Program-made: the position numbers and the translations under genes
The notes under the pieces: model-generated
The model's input: the letters and a program-made list of their open reading frames with translations, nothing else
What the model was told of the DNA's origin: nothing
Database searches by the model: none
Source: an uncultured Verrucomicrobiae bacterium
GTDB lineage: Bacteria > Verrucomicrobiota > Verrucomicrobiia > Chthoniobacterales > JAFAMB01
NCBI GenBank assembly: GCA_963846195.1
Contig: CAWJVG010000001.1
Coordinates: forward strand, 38,654-102,653
Reading direction: 5' to 3'
DNA: 64,000 nucleotides
Part shown: positions 38,161 through 48,549 of the stretch, one piece after another
How positions within the stretch are numbered: position 1 is the first letter of the stretch
Layout of the letters: every line of letters begins with the position of its first letter

Positions 38161-40358
38161 ATGCCACCCTTGCCCCCAACGATATTCATCGGCTTCTGAA
38201 CGCGGAACATGATGACCCTTTTGGCGTCCTCGGTTTGCATAAGATTGATGACCTTTGGGTTCTACGTGCTTTCCGACCTGACGCCAAAGAGTTAGTTGTC
38301 ATCGATCGCCATCATGCCGAGCGCCATTTTCCTGCGTACCGTATAGCAGACGAAGGCTTGTTTGAAGCCCATCTGACTGGAGTGACGGAAGCGTTTGACT
38401 ATCTGTTGCAATTGACGACCTGGTCCGGAGAGAGTTTTCAGATTAGCGATCCTTACTCCTACGGCCCGATTCTCGGCGAGTTGGACATGTACCTCTACAA
38501 GGAGGGCAACCACTACGATATCTACAAAAAACTGGGCGCTCATCTGACCGAGATTAATGGACACCCAGGCACAACTTTTGCCGTCTGGGCCCCCAACGCG
38601 CAACGCATCAGCATTGTAGGCGATTTCAACGGCTGGGACGGGCGGTGCCACCCGATGCGCAAACGGGTAGAAGCTGGGATCTGGGAGATCTTCATCCCAG
38701 GCGTGGTAGAAGGAACCCATTACAAGCTCGAAGTGCGAAACTGCTTTGGGCAGATCGTCTTGAAAAGCGATCCGTTCGCTTTCTACGGTCAGCACGGAAT
38801 TCAAACGGCCTCTTTGGTTTTCAACCTCGATCGTTTCAAATGGAGCGATGATGAATGGATCCGGACGCGCAAAACAAAGCAATGGCACAAAGAGCCCGTC
38901 AGCATCTACGAAGTTCATCTCGGATCCTGGGCCCGGGTCCCGGAAGAAGGGAACCGCTTCTTGAGCTATATCGAGCTAGCCGATCGTTTGATCCCGTATG
39001 TAAAGGACCTGGGCTACACGCACCTCGAATTGATGCCGGTCGCCGAACATCCCTTCGACGGATCCTGGGGTTATCAAGTGACCGGCTACTTCGCCCCTAC
39101 CAGTCGGTTCGGGAACCCCGATGAGTTTCGGCATTTTGTTGATCGCTGTCACGAAAACGGTATCGGCGTCATCGTCGACTGGGTTCCCGGGCATTTCCCG
39201 AAGGATGCGCATGGTCTCGCTTTGTTCGACGGAACCCATCTGTACGAACACGCTGACCCGCGTCAGGGCGAACATCGCGATTGGGGAACTCTGATCTTTA
39301 ACTACGGTCGAAATGAGGTGCGTAATTTCCTCGTCGCAAACGGCCTGTTCTGGTTGGACGACTATCACATCGATGGGCTTCGCGTCGACGCGGTCGCTTC
39401 AATGCTTTACCTCGACTACTCGCGGAAACAGGGCGAGTGGGTGCCGAACGTCCATGGCGGGCGTGAGAACCTCGACGCCATCTATTTCATAAAACGCTTT
39501 AACGAAATCTGTTATGAGCGGTTTCCCGGAATCATGACCATCGCTGAAGAATCCACCGCGTGGCCTGGCGTCTCCCGGCCAACCTACCTGGGCGGTCTCG
39601 GATTCGGCTTGAAGTGGAACATGGGATGGATGCACGACTTTCTGCTCTATATGAGCCGCGAACCGGTTCATCGACGCTTCCACCAGGGAGAAGCTACCTT
39701 CTCGATGATCTATGCGTTTCACGAGCATTTTGTCCTGGTTTTGAGCCACGACGAGGTCGTGCACGGCAAGGGGTCCTTAGTGAACAAAATGCCGGGGGAT
39801 GCCTGGCAGAAATTTGCAAATCTGCGCATGTTCTACGGCTGGATGTATGCACACCCTGGCAAGAAATTGTTATTCATGGGGGGTGAAATCGGCCAGTGGA
39901 AAGAATGGAATCACGACGAAAGCGTTGATTGGCATCTGCTGCAATATCCGTTTCACGATGGGATTAGAAAGCTGATCCAACATCTCAATTATCTTTATAA
40001 GTCCGAACCCGCATTTTGGGAGAATGACGACAGTTATTTAGGATTTGATTGGATCGATTTTCACGATGCCGACAACAGTGTTCTGACGTTTATCCGAAAA
40101 GCGGAATCGGGCTCGACCGTTCTCCTCGTCGTCAATGCCACGCCCGTTGTGCGAGAGTTCTATCGTGTGGGTGCCCCGGGTGAAGGTTGGTACGAAGAAA
40201 TCCTCAACACCGATGCCAGTATCTACGGCGGCAGCAATGTAGGAAACTATGGTGGGATGCACGCCGATTCGATCCCCTGGCAAGGGCGTTCCCATTCCTT
40301 GTGCCTGACTTTGCCTCCCCTCGCAACAATCGGCTTCAAAAAGCACCTCTATCGATAA
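38157..40358 (+). CDS. glgB: 1,4-alpha-glucan branching enzyme
   Basis: FAVWAPNA, YEVHLGSW, DWVPGHF, DGLRVDAVASM, AEEST, LSHDEVVHGK. Confidence 0.97.
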   Translation: MNATLAPNDIHRLLNAEHDDPFGVLGLHKIDDLWVLRAFRPDAKELVVIDRHHAERHFPAYRIADEGLFEAHLTGVTEAFDYLLQLTTWSGESFQISDPYSYGPILGELDMYLYKEGNHYDIYKKLGAHLTEINGHPGTTFAVWAPNAQRISIVGDFNGWDGRCHPMRKRVEAGIWEIFIPGVVEGTHYKLEVRNCFGQIVLKSDPFAFYGQHGIQTASLVFNLDRFKWSDDEWIRTRKTKQWHKEPVSIYEVHLGSWARVPEEGNRFLSYIELADRLIPYVKDLGYTHLELMPVAEHPFDGSWGYQVTGYFAPTSRFGNPDEFRHFVDRCHENGIGVIVDWVPGHFPKDAHGLALFDGTHLYEHADPRQGEHRDWGTLIFNYGRNEVRNFLVANGLFWLDDYHIDGLRVDAVASMLYLDYSRKQGEWVPNVHGGRENLDAIYFIKRFNEICYERFPGIMTIAEESTAWPGVSRPTYLGGLGFGLKWNMGWMHDFLLYMSREPVHRRFHQGEATFSMIYAFHEHFVLVLSHDEVVHGKGSLVNKMPGDAWQKFANLRMFYGWMYAHPGKKLLFMGGEIGQWKEWNHDESVDWHLLQYPFHDGIRKLIQHLNYLYKSEPAFWENDDSYLGFDWIDFHDADNSVLTFIRKAESGSTVLLVVNATPVVREFYRVGAPGEGWYEEILNTDASIYGGSNVGNYGGMHADSIPWQGRSHSLCLTLPPLATIGFKKHLYR

Positions 40359-40446
40359 ACGCCCGAACGACTGGGGCCGCCCTACTCTCGAAGCGGGGTC
40401 ACCGCCGTTTTCCCTGGTAGTCTGTGAAATAAGTTCATACGCCGAT

Positions 40447-41796
40447 CTATCTCTTATCTTCGATCAACTCTTCTAGGACGGAATTCAGCTCTCCATTTGC
40501 TAACCTCGTGTGAATGGTGTCACCAACCTTCAAAGACTGAATTGACCGGACAACGCTTCCGTTTGCGTCCAGCGTGATTGAATAACCGCGCTCCAGCGTC
40601 TGCCGCGGTCCAAGCAGCCGGAGAACGTTCGTCAATTCCGCGACCCGATTTTTATGAAAGCTTAGCTTGGACGCCGCGATCCAGGCCAGGCGCGTTGCTA
40701 ACTTGGCAACCTCTGCGCGTTTCCCCTCCAACCAACGCCCCGGGCGAAACGCCGATAGAAATGCTAGGATCTTTTCGATTCCAGATCGACGCTGCTGAAG
40801 CGCGTTTTTCAAGATCTCTGATAGACGCATCTCTAGCTGGTCCACGCGCTGCTGGCGTTCAACCATCAACCTGCGCGGTTCACGAAAATAGGGCGCGCCG
40901 GACAGTCGCTTGACCTGCATCCGCCGAATTTCCAGCCCTTGCCGAATCAATCGGTCGAGAGCGGATCGCCGTGACACGAGTTCTGCTTGCAGCGCAAAAA
41001 TATCCGGTACAATTAGCTCCGCCGCCGCGCTCGGAGTGGGAGCCCGCAGGTCAGCAACGAAATCCGCGATCGTAAAATCAATCTCGTGCCCGACGGCCGA
41101 CACCACCGGGAGGCGCGAACGGTAAATGCTGCGCGCAACGCTCTCTTCATTGAATTCCCAAAGATCTTCCAGACTCCCGCCGCCGCGCCCGACGATCATC
41201 AGGTCGACCTTTAATTTGGCGGCATTCGAACTGACAAAATCGATCATCTCCGATATCTCCGCCGCGGCCCCCTCTCCTTGGACGCGAACTGGGCAGATAA
41301 GAATCGAAAGCCAGGGACTTCGCCGCTTCAATATATTGAGCATATCCTGAACTGCCGCTCCGGTCGAGGAGGTCACCAATGCCACGCGGCGAGGAAATTT
41401 CGGAAGCGGCTTTTTGCGATCGGCATCGAAAAGACCTTCCGCCTGAAGTTTTCGCTTTAGGGCTTCGAACTTCGCCTGGAGTAGGCCCTGGCCTCTTGGC
41501 TGTATCAATTGGATAATCAATTGATATTGTCCTCTCGCTTCGTAGACACTCACCAAGCCGTACACTTGAACCTGCATCCCATCGGAAAGAGCGAGTCCGG
41601 TTTGCGCTCCGTACGAGCGGGCGAACATCACGCACGCGACTTGGGAACGATCGTCCTTCAATGTGAAGTAATGATGTCCCGACGATTGCTTCCGAAAATT
41701 CGAAATCTCACCTTCGACCCAAACCTCTCCAATTCGACCCTCGATGACCTCCCTGATCGTCCGGGTGAGTTCAGATACCGTGAGAATCGTGGCCAT
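40447..41796 (-). CDS. xseA: Exodeoxyribonuclease VII large subunit
   Basis: VEGEISN, GHHYFTLKD, RGGGSLEDLW, SAVGHEIDFT, RAPTPSAAAE. Confidence 0.96.
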   Translation of the reverse strand: MATILTVSELTRTIREVIEGRIGEVWVEGEISNFRKQSSGHHYFTLKDDRSQVACVMFARSYGAQTGLALSDGMQVQVYGLVSVYEARGQYQLIIQLIQPRGQGLLQAKFEALKRKLQAEGLFDADRKKPLPKFPRRVALVTSSTGAAVQDMLNILKRRSPWLSILICPVRVQGEGAAAEISEMIDFVSSNAAKLKVDLMIVGRGGGSLEDLWEFNEESVARSIYRSRLPVVSAVGHEIDFTIADFVADLRAPTPSAAAELIVPDIFALQAELVSRRSALDRLIRQGLEIRRMQVKRLSGAPYFREPRRLMVERQQRVDQLEMRLSEILKNALQQRRSGIEKILAFLSAFRPGRWLEGKRAEVAKLATRLAWIAASKLSFHKNRVAELTNVLRLLGPRQTLERGYSITLDANGSVVRSIQSLKVGDTIHTRLANGELNSVLEELIEDKR

Positions 41797-41886
41797 CTAA
41801 ATCATTAAAGCGGCAAAGAAACTGCGCTACAACAGATTTAGATTTTAGCTCGCTATCGAGACCTTTACTATTATTAATCCCACCAC

Positions 41887-42897
41887 ATGAAGGTGGCGAT
41901 GTTCAGCACGAGGTCGTACGATCGTGAATTTTTTTCCGCAGCTGCGGCAGCAAACGTCGCATTCAACGCGTCTCACAAAATTTCCTATTATGACGTTCAC
42001 CTGCAGCCGGAGACTCTTCATCTGACTGACGGGTATGATGCTGTTTGCGCTTTTGTGAACGACCAGCTCGACCGGGCGACTGTTGAAAGTCTTAAAACAA
42101 AGGGAATAAAACTGATCGCGCTCCGCTGTGCCGGTTACAACAACGTCGATCTGATCGCCGCAAACAATCTGGGTATCCCGGTAGTCCGGGTTCCCGCATA
42201 CTCTCCCGAGGCTGTTGCCGAACACACCGTCGCCCTGATCCTGACGCTCAACCGAAAAATCCATCGCGCCTACCGCCAAGTGCGTGAAGGTAACTTCTCT
42301 TTGGAGAGTTTGGTCGGATTCAATCTTCATGGCAAAACAGTCGGATTGGTCGGTACCGGCAGAATTGGTACGGCCGTCGCAAAAATCCTCGGTCCTGGCT
42401 TCGGTTGTAAACTGCTCGGTTATGATGTCGAACCAAACCGGGAATGCCGGAATTTGGGCTTGACGTACGTTAACCTCGCGGAGCTGGTGGCCGTCTCAGA
42501 CGTGGTTTCGTTGCATGCTCCACTGCTACCGGCCACGTCTCATTTGATTGATGAGCAAACGATCGCCTTGATGAAGAATGGTGTTATGCTCATCAATACA
42601 AGCCGCGGCGGTCTTATTGATACTCAAGCCGTCATTGACGCCGTGAAAGCCGGGAAAATTGGGCATCTCGGTCTCGATGTGTACGAGGAGGAGACCGAAT
42701 TATTCTTTTACGATCGCTCGTTGGAGGTCATTTCGGACGATGTGTTTTCTCGCCTCCTGACTCTTCCCAATGTGGTCATCACCGGTCATCAGGGCTTTCT
42801 CACAAAGGAAGCCCTTGATGACATAGCGCAGACAACGCTCAACAATATTGTTGAATTTGCGACGACCGGCATATGCCGGAATCAGGTGCGAGCCTGA
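41887..42897 (+). CDS. ldhA: D-lactate dehydrogenase (2-hydroxyacid DH)
   Basis: [46 protein letters not shown]. Confidence 0.92.
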   Translation: MKVAMFSTRSYDREFFSAAAAANVAFNASHKISYYDVHLQPETLHLTDGYDAVCAFVNDQLDRATVESLKTKGIKLIALRCAGYNNVDLIAANNLGIPVVRVPAYSPEAVAEHTVALILTLNRKIHRAYRQVREGNFSLESLVGFNLHGKTVGLVGTGRIGTAVAKILGPGFGCKLLGYDVEPNRECRNLGLTYVNLAELVAVSDVVSLHAPLLPATSHLIDEQTIALMKNGVMLINTSRGGLIDTQAVIDAVKAGKIGHLGLDVYEEETELFFYDRSLEVISDDVFSRLLTLPNVVITGHQGFLTKEALDDIAQTTLNNIVEFATTGICRNQVRA

Positions 42898-42986
42898 CGG
42901 AAATTCCTTCACCTCCTGTCATTCTTTTCAATCGAATAGCATGGAGCCCGGAAGAGACTCGCATGGAAGAAAAACTTTGAACCCGC

Positions 42987-44228
42987 TCAAGCTCCGCCCG
43001 GAAGGACTGCTTCCCGCGTGTCCGGTTGGCGAACGGAAACCATCGTCGTTAGGACCAGTGAGACGAGCAAGAGCGCACTGGCAATCCAGAAAGGAGCCTT
43101 GCCAAACTCCAGAGTGCGTCTCGAGTTGAATGCTAAAAGCCATCCCCCAAGCGGCGGTCCAAAGAAACGGCCCAGACTCGCCGAGGCTTGCATGAGGCCC
43201 AGAACGCGTCCTTGCCAATACTTGTTTGCGGAACGCGAAACCAATCCGTTGATCGTTGGATTGACGAAAGAATTTCCCACCGCGATCCCAGCGCCAACCA
43301 AAAGCAGCACAATTGTCGTTTGCGCCAGCGGCAAGGCGAACATGCTGCAAGCCAGTATCGAAAGGCCAGCCATGGCAATTCTTTTCTCCGAAAAATTCTT
43401 CACCAGGGGCCCGATCAATGCGCCTTGGACGACAACTGCGATCAGGCCAATGCCCGCGAAGATATAACCATTCGCGCTGGCGTTATAGCCAAAACGGTCC
43501 TCAGTAAAGATCGCGAAAAAGGCCGTCAAAATTGAGAATCCAGTCATCATGAAAAAATACGCTGCCATCAGAGGCACAATCACCGCCCCAAGACCTTGGC
43601 GGAACAGTGTCACGATGGTCTCGCGGTCCGATCGGGAGTCATCTTGTATGGGCAAGCTCTCTGGCAGGACAAAGAAAATCAACACCGCGTTAGCCGCCGC
43701 GAGTCCGGCCGCAAAATGAAACGGTGCTGAAAGTGAGATCTGGCTAAGGACACCGCCGATGAGGGGCCCGAAGATAAACCCCACCCCAAAGGCCGCTCCA
43801 AGGAGTCCCATGGCGCGTGAGCGATCGTCGGGCGGCGTTACGTCCGCAACGTAAGCTTGCGTGGCTGAGACGTTCGCGCCGAATATCCCGTCAATAATCC
43901 GAGCAACAAAAAGCCAGATCAGCGAGTTTGCCGCTCCCATGATGAAGAAGCCGGTCGCCTGACCGATGGTGCTCAACAGTAGGATCGATCGCCGGCCAAG
44001 CCGGTCGGAGAGCGCACCCACGATCGGAGAGAAGATGAACCCCATGCCGGAATAGACCGCCAGTAGCATCCCGATCGCGAACGGAGAAGCGTCGAATCGC
44101 TCAGTGTACAACGGGAGAACGGGTACCACGATGCCGAAGCCCACCATATCGACGAAGACCGTTAAAAGCAAAATCGGCAGCGGCGATAAGAGTCGTTTGC
44201 CAGATCCTTGTAACTGGTTCGACTTCAT
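42987..44228 (-). CDS. MFS transporter, TetA/DHA1-like
   Basis: GFGIVVPVLP, GALSDRLGRR, ARIIDG, GFIFGPLIGG. Confidence 0.9.
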   Translation of the reverse strand: MKSNQLQGSGKRLLSPLPILLLTVFVDMVGFGIVVPVLPLYTERFDASPFAIGMLLAVYSGMGFIFSPIVGALSDRLGRRSILLLSTIGQATGFFIMGAANSLIWLFVARIIDGIFGANVSATQAYVADVTPPDDRSRAMGLLGAAFGVGFIFGPLIGGVLSQISLSAPFHFAAGLAAANAVLIFFVLPESLPIQDDSRSDRETIVTLFRQGLGAVIVPLMAAYFFMMTGFSILTAFFAIFTEDRFGYNASANGYIFAGIGLIAVVVQGALIGPLVKNFSEKRIAMAGLSILACSMFALPLAQTTIVLLLVGAGIAVGNSFVNPTINGLVSRSANKYWQGRVLGLMQASASLGRFFGPPLGGWLLAFNSRRTLEFGKAPFWIASALLLVSLVLTTMVSVRQPDTREAVLPGGA

Positions 44229-44776
44229 TTGAAACCTAAAACCGGAAACAATAGTGAACCGCAGATTACATCGTAGTACAGGTTCCGATACCTTCAGCCA
44301 AGAAGTTTGCTCACGGTCAAAGTCGTCGAGATCTAGCACCAGCACGATTGCAGGGAAAACTCAAGCCTCGCACGCCTTGGCCTTCATCTGCGTTCTTAAT
44401 CATCCTTTGATCGTTGTCGGCGAAATGCGGGTTGCCACGCCGGACTTCCAACAAAATTGTTTCCTAATCCGTCCAGAAAGGGGGTCGGCCCGCGAGTAAT
44501 GTAGGTGCAAGACCATTTTTCGCCATATGCCGATGCAATAGTAACCTCTTGGAAAAAGTATGGGAGAAGCTGTTTGAACAAGGCGAGGCTCGCCACGGGA
44601 ATGCAGCATTCCAATTCCGCAGCCATGAAACGTAACTCCCAAAGAATCAGCTTGAGCCACGGCGGGAGCGGTCATGGCGGAGGGAGTCACCGGTAGCGGC
44701 GTGGAGGCCCGGAAACTTCTTCCTGGCGAAAACGCAGCGTCAACCCTTTCAGAAGTCCGATTCAAAAACTGCACAA

Positions 44777-45004
44777 ATGACCCGGCTCCCTGCAAAAGTC
44801 CTCAATGTCGACAAGCTCGGCAATCAATATCTTGTAACTGTTCAGGTCGGTCGCGAAAAATATGCAGGCACATTCGACCGGCTCAGTTTCGGAGAAATTA
44901 AACCGCACCTCGGCTCGTATCACAGTGGTTGGCTTGATCTCGCTTACCAGCGAAATCCCGGCCTAAAGGCCGGCCAGTCGTTTCCGCTCTGGGCGCATGA
45001 ATGA
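44777..45004 (+). CDS. Hypothetical 75-aa protein
   Basis: ATG-started ORF with a globular, beta-rich composition; no family recognised. Confidence 0.55.
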   Translation: MTRLPAKVLNVDKLGNQYLVTVQVGREKYAGTFDRLSFGEIKPHLGSYHSGWLDLAYQRNPGLKAGQSFPLWAHE

Positions 45005-45015
45005 TGGCATTCCTG

Positions 45016-45113
45016 GGGACAGGTCGAAGATGGACGGACAGCCGGCTTCGATAAAGTCCGTTTCCAGGGACAGGTCGAATTTTCCAGGGACAGGAATTTT
45101 CCAGGGACAGGTC
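45016..45113 (+). repeat. Cluster of four GGGACAGG(TC) motifs (left end of the HUH element)
   Basis: Copies at 45016, 45064, 45084 and 45101; a fifth is at 45364. Confidence 0.85.
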
Positions 45114-45578
45114 AAATGGCTTTCTGCTGACGAGTTGAATTTCTCTTTCTGGGGCCTGGTGACTTTCCTCCGTTTCCAACCAGCAGGAATCTGTGCACCG
45201 AGAAGAGGATAGATCTCCCCCTAAACGCTCATTTTGGTGAACGATTCTTCAGTGAGGCGGTTTCGCGACCGCCTGAAGCCGAAATTAGCCTTTTTGTATC
45301 GTAGCAAAAGTTGGGCTCCTGAGAAACTAGATCAGGATCAACTAAAAACTTAAGTCGATTCCACCAGGGACAGGTCGAATGGCCTTCTGCTGACAGGTTG
45401 AATTTCTCTTTCTTGGGATTGGTGACTTTCCTCCGTTTCTAACCAGCAGGAATCTGTGCACCGAGAAGAGGATAGATCTCCCCCTACACGCTCATTTTGG
45501 TGAACGATTCTTCAGTGAGGCGGTTTCGCGACCGCCTGAAGCCGAAATTAGCCTTTTTTGTATCGTAGCGAAAGTTGG
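45101..45578. repeat. Tandem duplication of a ~215-bp non-coding unit (45101-45314 and 45364-45578)
   Basis: About 11 differences by hand alignment, with a 49-bp unique spacer. The unit begins CCAGGGACAGGTC and contains the hairpin AGGCGGT-TTCGCG-ACCGCCT. Confidence 0.92.
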
Positions 45579-45582
45579 CTAA

Positions 45583-46590
45583 CTAACCGAAAGTCCGAAC
45601 GCGCAGATTGCGAAAGACCCACAGCGCTGCTGGACCCAGGATCTTTAAAGGGGTGGGGCCACTCTTGCGCTTAAGGCCGATCTTTTGCTTGAGCCGCTGG
45701 CAATGAAATTCCACAAAGGAGCGACTGCCCAGGATCACCCCATCGCTAAAGTAGCGAATTTTGCAGCGCAGCCGTTCCTGGGGCGAGAGTTGACCCTGCT
45801 CCTGGTCAACAACCTCTTGAGTCTTGGCAGAATCAAAAGCCGGCCCATGGCGACTGGTGGCAACCGCACCCCTCAAAAAGAGCTGCTTGCGATACTCTGC
45901 GCTGAGTTGCTCCCAGCAGGTGCTCGGCGCCAGACCCAGAATGGTCCTGATCCCTTCCTTGGCCAGAGTGCAGGATCCCTGCCCGAGGGCTTCGCCATAG
46001 CCGCAGTAACGATAATCCTTGGGATCGGCACACAGGCCCGCTCGAACCGGGTTCAGATCGATGTAGGCGGCCACTTTCACCACCGCCTGGCCTGCTTCCA
46101 ATAAAAGACTCTTAAAACGCTCGGCCCACAGAGCTCCGTAGCGACCGTGACGGCGGTTAAACCCCTGGGCAAAGCGGCCTTTGAGCTCTTTGATAAAGAT
46201 CGAGAGCTCATGCATGCGCTTGCGATAGGGTTCCAGCAGCTGGTTGGACTGCTCCAGGGCGTCGGGTTGCCCAGCCAGGCGCCCCAATTGTTCCTGGAGG
46301 GCTTGGACCCGGGCCGGGCCGTAGCAGGCCTGGATGCGCTCGAGCACTTCGCTCTGGGATAGAGGCCTGGGTTCAGGTACCTCACACAGCAGATGGAAGT
46401 GATTGGCCATCAGAGTGTAGGTCAGGACCCGGACCCCGCTAAAAGCCTCCAGTCGCCGCATGAGGGCGATAAACTGCTCTGCCTCAAGAGCGCGGGCGCC
46501 CGCAGAACCGAAGATCAAGAGGCCATCGACAACCCTAGAGATGCAGTGGTAAACACCCTGACCCTCGGCTTTGACTCGCGGGAAACGCAT
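45583..46590 (-). mobile_element. Long HUH/Y1 transposase (TnpA-REP superfamily, TIR-associated type)
   Basis: VYHCISRVV, MANHFHLL (HUH), GALWAERFKS, YIDLNPVRAG, plus a C-terminal extension. Confidence 0.88.
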
Positions 46591-46660
46591 AAGGCGGAGC
46601 AACTGTACACAACAGATAATAAAAGTGTAGTAGAAAATTATTTATCCGCGACGATTACGT

Positions 46661-46741
46661 GACCCGTCCCTGGCCCCGCCCTTTTCGCTCTCTCAATATC
46701 TGACCTGTCCCTCCTTTTCGGCTCCTGTCCCTCCTTTTCGG
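46661..46741 (-). repeat. Right-end inverted motifs GACC(C/T)GTCCC x3
   Basis: GACCCGTCCCTGG at 46661; CCTGTCCCTCCTTTTCGG duplicated at 46704 and 46724. Confidence 0.85.
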
Positions 46742-46836
46742 ATTTTCGAGGTATCGTGTTCCTGAAATACATGTATTTTGCCGGAGATCAGCGGAGAGGC
46801 GGTAACGCGCTCAAGACTGAATACAGGCAATTCCAG

Positions 46837-47016
46837 ATGAACGCGCAGGATTCCCAGACTCTCCAGCTCCATGAGACAGTCGTCTGGACCCCGGATGGAA
46901 TGAAAGGAGAAGTGGTTGTCAAGGATGGTACCGGCATTAAAGTTCACTGGGCAGATGACCAGTTCGGCTACTATCAATTTACCGACCTGCTGTCACAAAT
47001 TGAGAGATGCCCGTGA
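46837..47016 (+). CDS. Hypothetical small beta-rich protein
   Basis: MNAQDSQTLQLHETVVWTPDGMKGEVVVKDGTGIKVHWADDQFGYY..., an SH3/KOW-like pattern. Confidence 0.5.
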   Translation: MNAQDSQTLQLHETVVWTPDGMKGEVVVKDGTGIKVHWADDQFGYYQFTDLLSQIERCP

Positions 47017-47264
47017 ACGATGCACCGCTGCTTACCCACTCAGAACTCCGTCACCCAGAGTCCAGGAGAAAGGAACGTTGATTTTCATCGATAGGTGCGA
47101 ACGGAAAGTGATCGAGGCCAGCACGGTTTCTGTCGCGCAACCGAGCGTATGGTTCTTGCCACAGCTCCAGGCGGTCCGGCGTCCGCCAGGTAGCAATTTT
47201 GATGCTTCGCAAGCCGCTACAACCAATGGAGGTGGAAATTCTGACGAATCGCGTAACGTAGCCG

Positions 47265-48011
47265 GTGGAGGATTGGATCAGACGGCAGTTGATTGAACGG
47301 CGACCACCAAGCCAGCAATCGCCAGTGATGTTCCAGCGTTGGCTGCACCTGCTTTTTCTTCATTGGTCGCTTTCACCCAACGTCGTCCAAGCGACGTTGC
47401 CGCAAGGTTTACAAGCGGACACCTTTGAGGGTAATGCCTGGGTCGGGATCGTGCCATTTTTCATGCGAAGCGTGCGACCAGCAGGCTTTGTTTCGGTTCC
47501 CGGGATTTCAAACTTTCTTGAACTGAATCTTCGGACATATGTCCGCGACGAGCACGGACGGCCGGGAATCTGGTTTTATTCTTTGGACGCAAACCAAGCC
47601 CTGGCAGTGTTCCTGGCGAGAGCGGCCTTCGCGCTCCCCTACAAACTTGCCGAGATGCGCGCCAAGGTTTCTGACGGTGAGATCGACTATTTTTCGCATC
47701 GCTTGGGGGTCAAAAAGACACTTCATTATCAGTATCGGGGGACCGAGCAACTCGGAGAAGCCAGGTTTGGTTCCCTGGAATTCTTCCTCGTCGAACGTTA
47801 TCGATTGTTTTCGCACCGAAGGAACCGACTATTCACGGGTCGCGTGCATCATTCTCCCTATCAATTGTGCAAAGCGGCCGTCGCCGATGCAGATTCGGAA
47901 TTGTTCGGGATGGACGGATTTGAAACTCCGGGCAAGCCACCAGTTCACGCAATCTATTCGAGACGGCTCGATGTTTCCGTTTATCCAATCAATTTAGTAA
48001 CGGAGAAGTAA
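47265..48011 (+). CDS. DUF2071/YqjF family protein
   Basis: MFQRWLHLLFLHW, FLELNLRTYV, PGIWFYSLDA, FLVERY. Confidence 0.88.
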   Translation: MEDWIRRQLIERRPPSQQSPVMFQRWLHLLFLHWSLSPNVVQATLPQGLQADTFEGNAWVGIVPFFMRSVRPAGFVSVPGISNFLELNLRTYVRDEHGRPGIWFYSLDANQALAVFLARAAFALPYKLAEMRAKVSDGEIDYFSHRLGVKKTLHYQYRGTEQLGEARFGSLEFFLVERYRLFSHRRNRLFTGRVHHSPYQLCKAAVADADSELFGMDGFETPGKPPVHAIYSRRLDVSVYPINLVTEK

Positions 48012-48024
48012 TGAGCGAAATCAG

Positions 48025-48549
48025 CTACTGCCTGGATCGGGCTAGCTCAGGGTGTTTGAACGTTTCGTGGTGATTAACCGCTTCAGAGCGTTTACCTTCC
48101 CCAGTGTTGATCACGAGTTCCGCCCTGAGGACTGGCTCGTCACCAGAGCCTGCAATCCCTGCCTTGCTGATGTCCTGAACCCGAGTGGGAGCAGGTTCGC
48201 CGTGCGCTTGCCCGTCCTGGTAATCCTTCTGAAGGATTTTATCGAGAAAGTCGTGATCTTCCTTACTGATACTTTGAAGCGTCACGTATGCCGCGCGCCC
48301 GGGGTCGGTTGCCGGATTCAGAGCAGCAACTGTGCGCTGATCGGAAGATTCCGGGCTGTCGAAGGTATCGGGAGATTGGCTCCGGTGAGTTGTTGCTTCG
48401 CGACTTTGCAGAAGGAAAGTGAAAATCGCCAGGAAGGCCATGAGTAAACAAGCTAAAACAATGCGGACCGATCTGACCAATGCTTGCAACAGCAAGTACG
48501 TTACTAACCCGACCAAGGGAACGAAGACTGTCAGCAAGAGGATGCTCAT
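48025..48549 (-). CDS. Hypothetical membrane protein
   Basis: Two N-terminal hydrophobic segments and a polar tail. Confidence 0.55.
   Translation of the reverse strand: MSILLLTVFVPLVGLVTYLLLQALVRSVRIVLACLLMAFLAIFTFLLQSREATTHRSQSPDTFDSPESSDQRTVAALNPATDPGRAAYVTLQSISKEDHDFLDKILQKDYQDGQAHGEPAPTRVQDISKAGIAGSGDEPVLRAELVINTGEGKRSEAVNHHETFKHPELARSRQ

Noticed and set aside
44341-44360. att duplicate of the tRNA-Val 3' end
   Set aside because: Only a short gapped match (GCACGATTGCAGGG vs GCGCGATGCAGGG), consistent with chance.
44350-44776. Degraded gene remnant (GNAT-like fragments GCGIG and ILLEVRRGN in different frames)
   Set aside because: The fragments are too short to support a call without a translated search.
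45016-45578. CRISPR array
   Set aside because: The repeats are 10-13 bp or 215 bp with irregular spacing, and there are no cas genes in the window.
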